The notes under the pieces were generated by a model. That model made no database searches. It was given only the letters and a program-made list of their open reading frames with translations, and had not been told where the DNA came from. A DNA stretch of 64,000 bases, taken from positions 210,333 through 274,332 of the forward strand of contig DASWFF010000132.1 of the NCBI GenBank assembly GCA_036394375.1. Direction: 5' to 3'. A program made the position numbers and the translations under genes. Source of the DNA: Puia sp. (GTDB lineage: Bacteria; Bacteroidota; Bacteroidia; Chitinophagales; Chitinophagaceae). Position 1 is the stretch's first letter. Each line of letters starts with the position of its first letter. Of this stretch, positions 45,313 to 54,293 are shown in pieces.

Positions 45313-45747
45313 TTATTCTATCCCGGAGATCGGGGATACCGGATTCGCTGAATGGCCTTGTTCACAACCGGGCTCCGCCCGGTTATGGCCACGCCTGCAG
45401 AGCCGGTAATTCTGGATATGGGCGGCGACGATCAGGATCACGGCAAAAGGCAGGAGCCGGAATTCGTAATGATGCCATAGTTGCTTGGCTATCAGGAATA
45501 ACATGCCCCCGGTGAAGAGTAGCCAGGGGGTAAATTGGCGATGGTGCTTGCGGAAGCCGTGGCTCAGCGCCCAGGAGCCGATGACAAATGCCAGCCCGAT
45601 CATGCCGTATTCAAAAAAGAGGTTATGGACGATATTCACGCCCAGGATCGGCAGGCTGGCGACCACCAGGGGTAAAATGGCGCAATGAATGGCGCATAAT
45701 ATGGAAGTGGTAATGCCCAGGGCATCCCAGTTTATTTTAGAAGTCAT
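45313..45747 (-). CDS. MerC-domain membrane protein
   Basis: I prefer the start MTSKINWDALGITTSILCAIHCAILPLVVASLPILG, with the Cys pair in TM1 typical of MerC. Confidence 0.7.
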   Translation of the reverse strand: MTSKINWDALGITTSILCAIHCAILPLVVASLPILGVNIVHNLFFEYGMIGLAFVIGSWALSHGFRKHHRQFTPWLLFTGGMLFLIAKQLWHHYEFRLLPFAVILIVAAHIQNYRLCRRGHNRAEPGCEQGHSANPVSPISGIE

Positions 45748-45840
45748 ACGTAAAGAGCTCACAAAGATAAGGGAAACGCAACAATGTTGCAAAATTGACT
45801 GTTATCTTTTTTCAGAAGGCCTAGTTAGGGAGGACAATCC

Positions 45841-45848
45841 TAACTTTG
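45841..45848 (+). promoter_or_regulatory. Candidate -7 promoter box (TAACTTTG) for the SCO-Fur operon
   Basis: Exact TAnnTTTG match 45 nt upstream of the ATG at 45893. Confidence 0.4.
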
Positions 45849-45892
45849 TATCCTGGTTCTGCAGGATGTGAACCGGGAAATTCGGATAAATT

Positions 45893-46555
45893 ATGAAAAA
45901 GAAAAAACTGGGGTATTTTATCGGCTTTTTTGTTTTGCTCTTCATCGGCTTCTATTTTGTGCTGACCCGTATCGTACCGGGTTTTGGGGCGGTACAGCTG
46001 CCCGTTCTCAATTATGTCCAGTCCTTTTCCTTTGCCAACCAGGACGGCAAAAAGATCACGGAGAAGGATGTCTCGGGTAAGGTCTATGTGGCGGAGTATT
46101 TTTTTACTACCTGTAAGGGTATTTGTCCGAAAATGAATTCCAATGTCAAAAAGTTATCGCTTGAATTTGCCAACGAGCCCGATTTCCGCATCTTGTCTTA
46201 TACGGTAGATCCGGAGACGGATAGTATCGGCCGGATGAAGCGGTACGCGGACTCGCTGGGTGCTGACGGGACGAAATGGTGGTTTCTCACGGGCCGGAAA
46301 GATTCTCTTTATCGCCTGGCAAGGGGAAGCTATTTGCTGGATGATCCCAAGAACAACGATATCAATATCAATGAGCAGTTCATTCATACGCAGTTCCTGG
46401 CTCTTGTCGATAAGGGCGGGCGGGTTCGGAAGATCTATGACAGCCTGAAGAAAGATGAGCTGGAGGAACTGGAAAAAGACATAAGGACTTTATTGAAGGA
46501 GGCGGCATCTGCTCCACGCTTTGCCAATTCCCTTTTTAATAATAATCCCGGATAA
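45893..46555 (+). CDS. SCO1/SenC family thioredoxin-like copper chaperone
   Basis: TM anchor. The FFTTCKGICP (CxxxC) motif and downstream conserved His (FIHTQ). Confidence 0.85.
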   Translation: MKKKKLGYFIGFFVLLFIGFYFVLTRIVPGFGAVQLPVLNYVQSFSFANQDGKKITEKDVSGKVYVAEYFFTTCKGICPKMNSNVKKLSLEFANEPDFRILSYTVDPETDSIGRMKRYADSLGADGTKWWFLTGRKDSLYRLARGSYLLDDPKNNDININEQFIHTQFLALVDKGGRVRKIYDSLKKDELEELEKDIRTLLKEAASAPRFANSLFNNNPG

Positions 46556-46983
46556 TGCTTACTATGGAAAAAAGAATTGACGACATACTCAAACGAAATC
46601 AATTGAGCGTTACCAGCGGGCGCAGAAAAATCCTGGAGTTATTTCTGCAACAGGGGGGCGCTTTGTCGCATAGCGATATTGAAAAAAAAGCGGGAGAAAA
46701 ATTCGATCGTGTTACGGTGTACAGAACGCTTCAGACCTTTTTAGAAAAGGGGCTGATCCATAATATACCGACTGCGGATAATTCTATACGTTATGCGTTA
46801 TGCAAGGAGGATTGTGCCGGCGGCCATCACCAGGATGATCATGTGCATTTCATCTGCACGGCCTGTGGTAACACGGTATGCCTGGAAGAGGTGAATCTGC
46901 CTGCCATTAAGCTTCCCAGGGGATTTGCTGCGGAGCAGGTGGAAGTGCTGGTCAGCGGCGTCTGCAGAAGCTGTAATGCCTAA
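46555..46983 (+). CDS. Fur family transcriptional regulator
   Basis: Winged-helix VTVYRTLQTFLEKGLI. Metal sites HHQDDHVHFICTACGNTVCL and CRSC. The ATG overlaps the SCO stop (TAATG). Confidence 0.88.
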   Translation: MLTMEKRIDDILKRNQLSVTSGRRKILELFLQQGGALSHSDIEKKAGEKFDRVTVYRTLQTFLEKGLIHNIPTADNSIRYALCKEDCAGGHHQDDHVHFICTACGNTVCLEEVNLPAIKLPRGFAAEQVEVLVSGVCRSCNA

Positions 46984-47165
46984 AAAAGAAAGCCCCGATG
47001 TAGAAACACCGGGACTTTTGGTTAAGGCTCTGATTAGTAGCTTCTTTATGTAGAAAGTGGATGACCCACCTGTACTTATTTTTATTAGCTCATTGCAAAT
47101 ATAGCCGGAAAAAAGCATACGAACAAGAGCTACACGTACTACTTTCCGGGTATTTTTAAATTTTT

Positions 47166-48890
47166 TTAGGAACAATTCTTTTCCATTTCAGTACTAACAA
47201 AATCCATTAATTGTTTAATGTGCTCTTTTGAAAAGTCGAACCGGAGCTGAGCGGCATCGTATAATTCCGGTAGGGTCCGGGTCCCTCCCAGGCTTAGAGC
47301 AGCCATATAGTTACTTAACGCTTTCTCTTTGTTCTCTTTATATTGTTTCCAGAGTCCCAGCGCTCCTAACTGTGCAATGCCATATTCGATATAGTAAAAA
47401 GGCACTTCGAACAGGTGAAGCTGCCTCTGCCAGCCAATGGGTCGGTATTGTTCAATCCCTTTCCAGTCAATCACTTGGGAGGAAAACTCTCCTGAAATCT
47501 CCAACCATTTTTCCGTCCTTTCCGTCAGGGTATGGGTAGGGTTTTCGTATACCCAGTGTTGGAATTTATCGATAGTGGCAATCCAGGGGAAAATCGTAAT
47601 TACACGTTCCAGCTGATGTGTGCGGGCTCTTGCTAAATCGTTTTTAGCTGTAAAGAATAATTCCCAATGATCCATGCTAAACAATTCCATGGACATACTT
47701 GCCACCTCTGCAATTTCCATGGGATATTCCTTAAAGGCGCTTAATTCCAGTGGGTGTGCGAGGAAAGAGTGAATGGCATGCCCGCCTTCATGTACCATGG
47801 TAGTCAGGTCTCCCATCTGGCCGGATGCATTCATAAAAATAAAGGGTGCGCCGGTCTCCGCTAACGGGCAGTTATAGCCGCCGGGAGCTTTTCCTTTTCT
47901 GCTCTCGAGGTCGAAGCGGCCCATCTTTTTCATGGTACGCAGGCAATCTCCGAAAAAAGGGTTCAGGCTGTCGAAGCAGGCGATGGCCTTCGTGATCAGT
48001 TCTTCCGCGCCGGAGAAGGGGCGCAGCGGCTCGGTCCCGACAGGTTCCGCTTCGGTATCCCAGGGCCGCAGTTCATTCAGGCCCAGCTTCTTCTTTTTAT
48101 TTTCATTGATCTGGTCCACCAGGGGCAGAATATATTCTTTAACGGCGTCGTGAAAGCGAAAGCAATCTTCTTTCGTGTAATCAAAACGTCCCAGCTCTTC
48201 GAATTTGTAGTCACGATAATTTGCGAATCCGGCATTTAACGCTGTCTGATGACGGAGACCGATCAGTTGGGTGTAGAGATCATTGAGGGCGTCCCTGTTC
48301 TGCAACCTTCTTTCCTGCATTTTCCGGTAGACCTCTTCGCGGATGGATCTGTCGGGGTTCTCCAGGAATTTAGATGCCTGCTGCAGGGTATATTCCTGTC
48401 CATTCATCTCCACGGTCATCTTTCCGGAGATAACGCCGAATTGCTGCGCCAATACGCTCAGCTCAGCCTGAAGGGGTATGTTTTCATCGCGGAAGAGCTC
48501 GATCCTTTTCCGGACAGAACGCAGGTAAGTGAAATATTGACGTTGGTCCAGCTTTTGTGTGTACGTGCTTTCCACTAATTTCCGGTTGAGCCGGTCTGCA
48601 TAGGGCTGGATCTTCGGTTGAATCTCCAGGCAGAAATAGGTGAAAGCGTCTTCCATCTGTTTGTTTTCCGTATCGCAGGTCATGCGGATCTGGCGCCAGC
48701 AGGCATCTTCACTCACCACGGCTTCCAGCTCGCTAATGTCCCGGAGCCATTTTTCCAGGGCCTCCCGTGAGTCCAGCTTCCGTTGTTCCAGGTCCTGAAA
48801 CCAGGGTTCGAGGCCATTCCAGTCTGTAATTACAAAATCCTCCGGCAGAAAGTGCCGTAAGGGTTTTTTTAAATCAGCTGTATAATTCAT
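47166..48890 (-). CDS. M3 family oligoendopeptidase (PepF-like)
   Basis: Zinc motif HEGGHAIH with a downstream E (EIAEVASM). 574 aa. Confidence 0.88.
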   Translation of the reverse strand: MNYTADLKKPLRHFLPEDFVITDWNGLEPWFQDLEQRKLDSREALEKWLRDISELEAVVSEDACWRQIRMTCDTENKQMEDAFTYFCLEIQPKIQPYADRLNRKLVESTYTQKLDQRQYFTYLRSVRKRIELFRDENIPLQAELSVLAQQFGVISGKMTVEMNGQEYTLQQASKFLENPDRSIREEVYRKMQERRLQNRDALNDLYTQLIGLRHQTALNAGFANYRDYKFEELGRFDYTKEDCFRFHDAVKEYILPLVDQINENKKKKLGLNELRPWDTEAEPVGTEPLRPFSGAEELITKAIACFDSLNPFFGDCLRTMKKMGRFDLESRKGKAPGGYNCPLAETGAPFIFMNASGQMGDLTTMVHEGGHAIHSFLAHPLELSAFKEYPMEIAEVASMSMELFSMDHWELFFTAKNDLARARTHQLERVITIFPWIATIDKFQHWVYENPTHTLTERTEKWLEISGEFSSQVIDWKGIEQYRPIGWQRQLHLFEVPFYYIEYGIAQLGALGLWKQYKENKEKALSNYMAALSLGGTRTLPELYDAAQLRFDFSKEHIKQLMDFVSTEMEKNCS

Positions 48891-48903
48891 AAAAATATAC
48901 GCG

Positions 48904-49524
48904 TTAGCTTTTCTTCTTTGCCGCCTTTTTGGGCTTTTCTGCCACCGGCGCTTCTTCTTTTGCCTCCGTGTCCGCTTTCTTTTTAGCGGCCGGCTTTTTA
49001 GCTTTAGGCTTTTCTTCTACGGCGGTGTCCTGGGCTGCTGCTTCAGCTACAACTGTTTTATCGGCTGCGGTTGCTTTTGCTTTCTTCGCGGGCGCCGGCG
49101 CCTCCTCAGGAGCCTCTTCCGGTGCTTCTTCTTCCTCAACTTCGGACAACTTGATCTCGACGTTGTTATTTTTCAGCACAGAGTACCATTTCACCATCTT
49201 TTTCAGATCGCTGCTATAGACGCGGTCAAAGTCCAGGTCCGGATATACCTTGCTGAAATAGGCTTTCAGGGCGGCGCTGTCTTTTTCATCGGGGAGCTTC
49301 TCTCCGCCGGTTTCCATGGCCTTTAGAATGTCCACCAGGTTCACATTCTCCCGAACCGTGTATATCTCAATACTCTCCAGGTGGGAGAAGTTATGAACAC
49401 GGCTGGAAACGAACCGGGTGCTTTTGTCATCCAGCGAGCGAACGATGGCCCCATCGGTTTTACTGCTAAGCAGTTCGTACAATCCCGGCAATCCGGTAAC
49501 AGCAATAATCTTATTATATTCCAT
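48904..49524 (-). CDS. DUF5606-like protein with histone H1-like Lys/Ala/Pro-rich C-terminal tail
   Basis: N-terminal MEYNKIIAVTGLPGLYELLSSKTDGAIVRSLDDKSTRFVSSRVHNFSHLESIEIYT, an acidic linker (EEEEAPEEAPEEAP), then KKAKATAADK...KPKAKKPAAKKKAD...KPKKAAKKKS. Confidence 0.65.
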   Translation of the reverse strand: MEYNKIIAVTGLPGLYELLSSKTDGAIVRSLDDKSTRFVSSRVHNFSHLESIEIYTVRENVNLVDILKAMETGGEKLPDEKDSAALKAYFSKVYPDLDFDRVYSSDLKKMVKWYSVLKNNNVEIKLSEVEEEEAPEEAPEEAPAPAKKAKATAADKTVVAEAAAQDTAVEEKPKAKKPAAKKKADTEAKEEAPVAEKPKKAAKKKS

Positions 49525-49586
49525 ATTAGTGTGTATTCTGAATACTTTTAAGGGATATGCAAGTTAAGACGAAACCTCCATTCCAG

Positions 49587-50240
49587 CTAAATTTTTACAA
49601 ATTCTTCCAGTACCCGGTCGATACCTGTTTTCAGGGTTGCATAGTCCGTATATCCCCGGGACAACAGATAAAATTTCGAGTCGCTGACCTGTAGAAATAC
49701 GGTTGGAAACCCCGTCACCTTCAAATGTTTGACAAGAGCGAACTCGTAATAAGCTTTTTCCCGGTATTCGGGACTATGCAATTTTGTATAAAAATCCTGG
49801 TCCGGGATCGCATATTTCTCCAGCAGGTGACGGTAGGCTTCATCATCGCAGAGATCACGGCCTTCATAGTGGAGGGCATATTGGAGGTCCGCAGCGAAAG
49901 GAATGGCCAGATCATGATGATAATCCTTGAATACACACATAGCAATGGCCGGTTTTTCCGAAGAAGGAAACCAGTCACTCTCTTCCGGATTTAAAATATG
50001 CCAGAGCCAGTCTTCGCCAAATTTAATGCCTGTGCGCTCCTCTACCGTTTTATAGGCTTTTTGGAGAGTGCCTGCCATAACCCCGATCGGCTGTGGTTCT
50101 TCGGGCAGGATCATACCTCCGGACAAGACGTCAAATGCCAGTTGCTGTCTGTATGCTTCGAACAGACGCCGGATGATGGGGCTAAACCCGTAACACCATC
50201 CGCAATAGGCATCGTAGCAATAATACAAAGTAGGGCTCAT
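49587..50240 (-). CDS. DsbA-family thioredoxin-fold protein
   Basis: N-terminal YCYDAYCGWCYGF (CGWC active site). 217 aa. Confidence 0.8.
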   Translation of the reverse strand: MSPTLYYCYDAYCGWCYGFSPIIRRLFEAYRQQLAFDVLSGGMILPEEPQPIGVMAGTLQKAYKTVEERTGIKFGEDWLWHILNPEESDWFPSSEKPAIAMCVFKDYHHDLAIPFAADLQYALHYEGRDLCDDEAYRHLLEKYAIPDQDFYTKLHSPEYREKAYYEFALVKHLKVTGFPTVFLQVSDSKFYLLSRGYTDYATLKTGIDRVLEEFVKI

Positions 50241-50260
50241 AGATACTATTAGGCTGCAAA

Positions 50261-50389
50261 GATAAGACGCCGTCTTATCTTTTCGGAGACGGACGCCTGC
50301 GGCGTCCTGGAGCGAACGCCGAACGGGTGAACCGTTTGGCGTTCGGGTCTAATGATGGCCCCTTCGGGGCATAACGCCCGTGGCGTTAT
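50261..50389 (+). repeat. REP-like modular hairpin cluster, locus A (contains GGTCTAATGATGG)
   Basis: In order: palindrome GATAAGACG-C-CGTCTTATC (50261-50279). GGACGCC-TGC-GGCGTCC (50291-50307). A 14-bp stem CGAACGCCGAACGG-GTGAA-CCGTTTGGCGTTCG (50313-50345). GGTCTAATGATGG (50346-50358). GCCCC-TTC-GGGGC (50358-50370). ATAACGCC-CGT-GGCGTTAT (50371-50389). Confidence 0.85.
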
Positions 50390-51831
50390 TGGATCGGCAA
50401 TTCTATTTTCAACTCACAGCCGGCTCCCGGGGCTGTCGTCAGTTGCATGGCGCCCTTATGAAACTCCACGCGATTGCGGATATTATTCAGACCCATCCCC
50501 TTTTTGACGGCTTTTTCGTCAAATCCGCGACCATTATCCGTCAATACCAGCAGGATGCGGCGATCGCTTCCAATAGTTATTTCTATCTTTAAATCGGTCG
50601 CCTGGGAGTGTTTGAGTACGTTATTGATCTTTTCCTGGACGATGCGAAAGATGGCCAGTTTGATATCGGGACTTATGCTATCTTCTTCCAGGTTTTGAAG
50701 AGTGGGGAGACGAATCGTCAGTTTACCGGACTGGTTGATCTTCTGGACAATATCGTGTATGGCAGCGACCAATCCCAGATCCTTTAACGTATAGGGCGTA
50801 AGGTTATGGGATATATTTCTGATCTCTTCGATCACGGTCTGGATGTTCTGATGACAGGCGTCGATGAAGCGGGCATCTGAGGGGTCGTTCCGGGCGATTT
50901 CCAGGAATAATTTACAAGTGGTGAGGATCTGGTTGACATTGTCATGCAGTTCGGAAGAGATCTCTCTCCGCTCTTTCTCCTGCGCCTCCATGATCGCCGA
51001 TACGATCTGTCTTTTCTTACGCACTTCTTCTTCCACCAGCATTTTTTCCAGGTTCCTTTGCTCCGTGATGTCGTGCATGGCGCCGATCATACGGATGGCC
51101 TTATCGGCAGGAGATCGCAGAATATAGGCCTTGTCCAGGATCGTCCGATAAGTACCATCGAGGCACTGGAACCGGTATTCCAATTGCCAGTGGTCATCCT
51201 GGCTGTTCAGGGCCTTTTCCAGGCTGGACCGCACGCTTTCCCGGTCACCCGGATGGATATGCGCCAGGTTCCTGTCAAAAGAGCCGGCATCTTCCTGGTA
51301 TCCGAACAGGGCTTTAAACCCCTCTCCCCGGTATATTTTGTCTTCTCTGATCTTCCAGTCCCAGATAGCATCGGAAGTCGCTTTGCCGGCATAGAGATAA
51401 CGTTCATTGCTTTGGATCAACTCTTCCCGGGTGTGGATCATCTGGGTAATATCCAGGGCTGTTCCTCCTACCAGGCGAATCCCGTTCTCAATTCCTAATG
51501 GGAATTTATATACCTGGAGAATGACCGGACTGCCATCTGCGACCAGGCCCCTTTCCGTTAGTTCCGCGGGACTATTGGAGGCCCAGACGAGTTGATTGCC
51601 CGCTACATAGGAATCGCAAAGCTCTGCGGGATAAAACTCATAGATTGACCGGCCGATCGCTGCTTCCGAAAGCCCGAAAGCTTTCATATAGGAAGAGTTC
51701 ATATAGCGGAAACAACCCTTTTCATCCAGGATCCAGGTCATGGTAGGCGTATTTTCCATGAAAGAGCGAAAGATCCGCTCTTTATTCAGTTTAAGCCAGG
51801 AAGTCGGTAAGTTATTGTTGTTGGGGGGCAT
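50386..51831 (-). CDS. PAS-domain sensor histidine kinase (HisKA_3 type)
   Basis: Multiple PAS/PAC modules, H-box ISSELHDNVNQIL, and HATPase_c (DNGRGFD, GMGLNNIRNRV). No N-terminal TM segment. No response regulator is adjacent. Confidence 0.88.
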   Translation of the reverse strand: MPPNNNNLPTSWLKLNKERIFRSFMENTPTMTWILDEKGCFRYMNSSYMKAFGLSEAAIGRSIYEFYPAELCDSYVAGNQLVWASNSPAELTERGLVADGSPVILQVYKFPLGIENGIRLVGGTALDITQMIHTREELIQSNERYLYAGKATSDAIWDWKIREDKIYRGEGFKALFGYQEDAGSFDRNLAHIHPGDRESVRSSLEKALNSQDDHWQLEYRFQCLDGTYRTILDKAYILRSPADKAIRMIGAMHDITEQRNLEKMLVEEEVRKKRQIVSAIMEAQEKERREISSELHDNVNQILTTCKLFLEIARNDPSDARFIDACHQNIQTVIEEIRNISHNLTPYTLKDLGLVAAIHDIVQKINQSGKLTIRLPTLQNLEEDSISPDIKLAIFRIVQEKINNVLKHSQATDLKIEITIGSDRRILLVLTDNGRGFDEKAVKKGMGLNNIRNRVEFHKGAMQLTTAPGAGCELKIELPIQ

Positions 51832-51947
51832 TGAACAAAGATAAATAATTGCCCATGTCTTTCTAAGGGTAAAACGCGGCCGGAAATAAGTATTTATTCT
51901 TATTTCCGGCCTCTGCCTCTATAACGATTATTCAGGTAGGTATGATC

Positions 51948-54248
51948 TTATCCTCTTCTTCTTCCGCCACCCCCGCCGGAAGAGGGTCTGGCTCCTCCAC
52001 CACCCCCGCCGCTGGGCCTGGGCGCGCTAAATCCTCCTCCTCCACCACTGGGTCTGGCGGGTGCACTGAATCCCCCGCTTCTGGCCCTTTCAAAATTCTG
52101 GGTCTGAGTCTGCCCCCGGGAGCGCATTTGCTGGTCCCGGTTTAAATTAGGGACAGACTGATTATTGGGGGTGACAGGCCTCCATTGGTTTGACTGTCGT
52201 TGCTGCCATTGATTATTGGTTTGATTCCTTTGATAGACATTCCCGCTGCGGTCAGAAAACACATTATTGGAGCCCGATCTTGTATTGGAACCCGGTCTTG
52301 TGGCTCCCGGGCTACCGCCCTGAACGCCGCCGGGACGGGTCCCATTGGTATTCACCTGGCCGGGACGTCCGCCATTGAAGTTGATCGGCGTGCTAAAGTT
52401 GCCCCCGCCGTTAACGGTCCGGACATTCCGGGTGACTACCCCGTTTCTGCCGCTGTAGATATTCGTCCGGTAGTTGTTGACGTATACGTTCCGATTCCTA
52501 TAAAAGTTATTTCCATAATAACCGTAGGTCCGGGAGCGATTCCATACATAAGGGGGACGATATACGTGCGGTCCCCACCAGCCACCGCCGCCCCAGCCGT
52601 GTCCACCCCAGTAGCCGCCACCGAAGCCAATGCCAAAATGGAACCATCCTGCTCCGAAGCCATATCCAAGGCTCCATCCTGCCCAGGGGTTATAACACAT
52701 ATTGAAACCCCAGGTCCAGGGACGGGGATAGTAATATCCGCCATACCAGGGATCATAGTAAAAACCGGTTCCATAAACTACGGTCGGGCCATAGATAAAG
52801 GTGTTCAGGTAGCCGGGGGTGTAACCCATGTATACATACTGGGGGGTTACATCATAGACATAAACATATTTGATATTGTACAAAGGAGAATTCGGCGGGA
52901 TCCTGTCGACTTCTTCCGGCCTTTCCGTAGATACGGTCCAGGGGCCTGAAGGGCTGGGGCCCTGGAACCAGACCCCGTTGTCCACCGTGTAGTAAATACC
53001 ATTATACAACACTACCGAAGAGGAGGTATTCGTCGCATATTGCATATCTGTTCCCTGCAGGGGGGCGAACTTGGGATCGCCGTTGTAGTTTACATCGGTC
53101 GTAGCCGTGCTACGGTCAACCTTCGCCGTTTGAGGGATCTGTGCGTCCATGATCGCTTCCCTGGCGGCCTCCGTGCCGGCTACGCTGGCCAGGACATTGT
53201 CTTTGGGCGAGCCTTCGGGAATACGGGCAAAATTGGCCGGAAGGGCATTGGAAGCAATATAATGCCAGCCTCCGGTAAGGGAAGAGGAGCTGTACCAGCG
53301 CCCCGAGATCAGCACATAATATTTACCGCTGCTCTGATCCTGGAAAATATCATTGGAAGTATTGCTCACATAGGAGAGGTCCGTTCCGGAAATCGGGCTG
53401 AATGCGGCGGGCCCGGTGGTTTGAATCAATTCTGCGGGAGAGGTGCTGACGATAATATTGGAAACAACCTGGTCCTGGGCCGCAGCGGCGGAATCCACAT
53501 AACCCGCATTGGCGCTGTTGGCGGCATCTATCGAACTCTGTACCTGCTGCAGATTGGAGGGGACATTGCCGGCCGGGGCAAAAGGACCGGTAGCGGCCTG
53601 TGCGCTGTACCAGTGTTTGCCTCCGTATAAATAATACAGGCCATCGTTGTTCTTAACGATGGTGAAAGGGCTGTTTACGACGACATCCAGTCCCCAGTCT
53701 TTATTCGGTTGCAGCTTAGGCTGCCCGTCGATCAATACCATCAGGGATGGGCGATCGGAGTAGATGATCCGGGGAGCGGTTGTATTCAGGTCCTTCGATA
53801 ATTTTTTCTGTTCCTGGTTCTGGTCCAGGGATGCCAGCAATTCATCCAGGGAAAGGTCTCCGGCTGCCTGTGGCAAATTCGTTTCCAGCGCCGTCTTTAA
53901 GCCGCCGGTAAAATTATCGTCGGGCTGTCCCGGGAATTTGACATTGGGAACTTTTACCGATTGGATGATAACCCGGCGGTTATCCCGGTCTGTTTCTACA
54001 TTCGCCACGGACCAGAAAGTACCGAAAACAGGGTCCGTCTTGCCGGTTTGAAGGACAGAAATAGCCCAGCGGGATTTTAAAATATTGTCGGAGAAGGATT
54101 CCGGCTGCGGTTGATAGATCTTTATGACGGTACCGTCATCCGTGGAAAAGCTCTTAGGCCATTCCTGCTGCGACTCCTGCGCATAGGCAGAGCCGAAGAG
54201 GAAAACGGCACAAAAAAGAGGAAATAATAGGACGCGAAAGCTTCTCAT
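51948..54248 (-). CDS. Secreted protein of unknown function with Gly/Trp/Tyr-rich core and Asn/Arg/Gly-rich tail
   Basis: 766-aa ORF with signal peptide (LFCAVFLFGSAYAQ). Repeated [G]xYY..xxGxW[YF] units (GLYYLYGGKHWY, GKYYVLISGRWY, GIYYTVDNGVWF). Residues ~455-600 are extremely aromatic/Gly-rich. The tail ends SGGGGGFSAPRPSGGGGGGARPSSGGGGGRRRG. Confidence 0.75.
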   Translation of the reverse strand: MRSFRVLLFPLFCAVFLFGSAYAQESQQEWPKSFSTDDGTVIKIYQPQPESFSDNILKSRWAISVLQTGKTDPVFGTFWSVANVETDRDNRRVIIQSVKVPNVKFPGQPDDNFTGGLKTALETNLPQAAGDLSLDELLASLDQNQEQKKLSKDLNTTAPRIIYSDRPSLMVLIDGQPKLQPNKDWGLDVVVNSPFTIVKNNDGLYYLYGGKHWYSAQAATGPFAPAGNVPSNLQQVQSSIDAANSANAGYVDSAAAAQDQVVSNIIVSTSPAELIQTTGPAAFSPISGTDLSYVSNTSNDIFQDQSSGKYYVLISGRWYSSSSLTGGWHYIASNALPANFARIPEGSPKDNVLASVAGTEAAREAIMDAQIPQTAKVDRSTATTDVNYNGDPKFAPLQGTDMQYATNTSSSVVLYNGIYYTVDNGVWFQGPSPSGPWTVSTERPEEVDRIPPNSPLYNIKYVYVYDVTPQYVYMGYTPGYLNTFIYGPTVVYGTGFYYDPWYGGYYYPRPWTWGFNMCYNPWAGWSLGYGFGAGWFHFGIGFGGGYWGGHGWGGGGWWGPHVYRPPYVWNRSRTYGYYGNNFYRNRNVYVNNYRTNIYSGRNGVVTRNVRTVNGGGNFSTPINFNGGRPGQVNTNGTRPGGVQGGSPGATRPGSNTRSGSNNVFSDRSGNVYQRNQTNNQWQQRQSNQWRPVTPNNQSVPNLNRDQQMRSRGQTQTQNFERARSGGFSAPARPSGGGGGFSAPRPSGGGGGGARPSSGGGGGRRRG

Positions 54249-54293
54249 ATATGTGTGTTTAGCGTTTATAATAGATCAGGCAATTTTGATGCC

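Noticed and set aside
52200-53630. Long plus-strand ORFs (249 and 196 aa) opposite the 766-aa gene.
   Set aside because: They are compositional shadow ORFs caused by the Gly/Tyr/Trp/Asn-rich coding strand. The minus-strand ORF has a signal peptide and spans the whole region.
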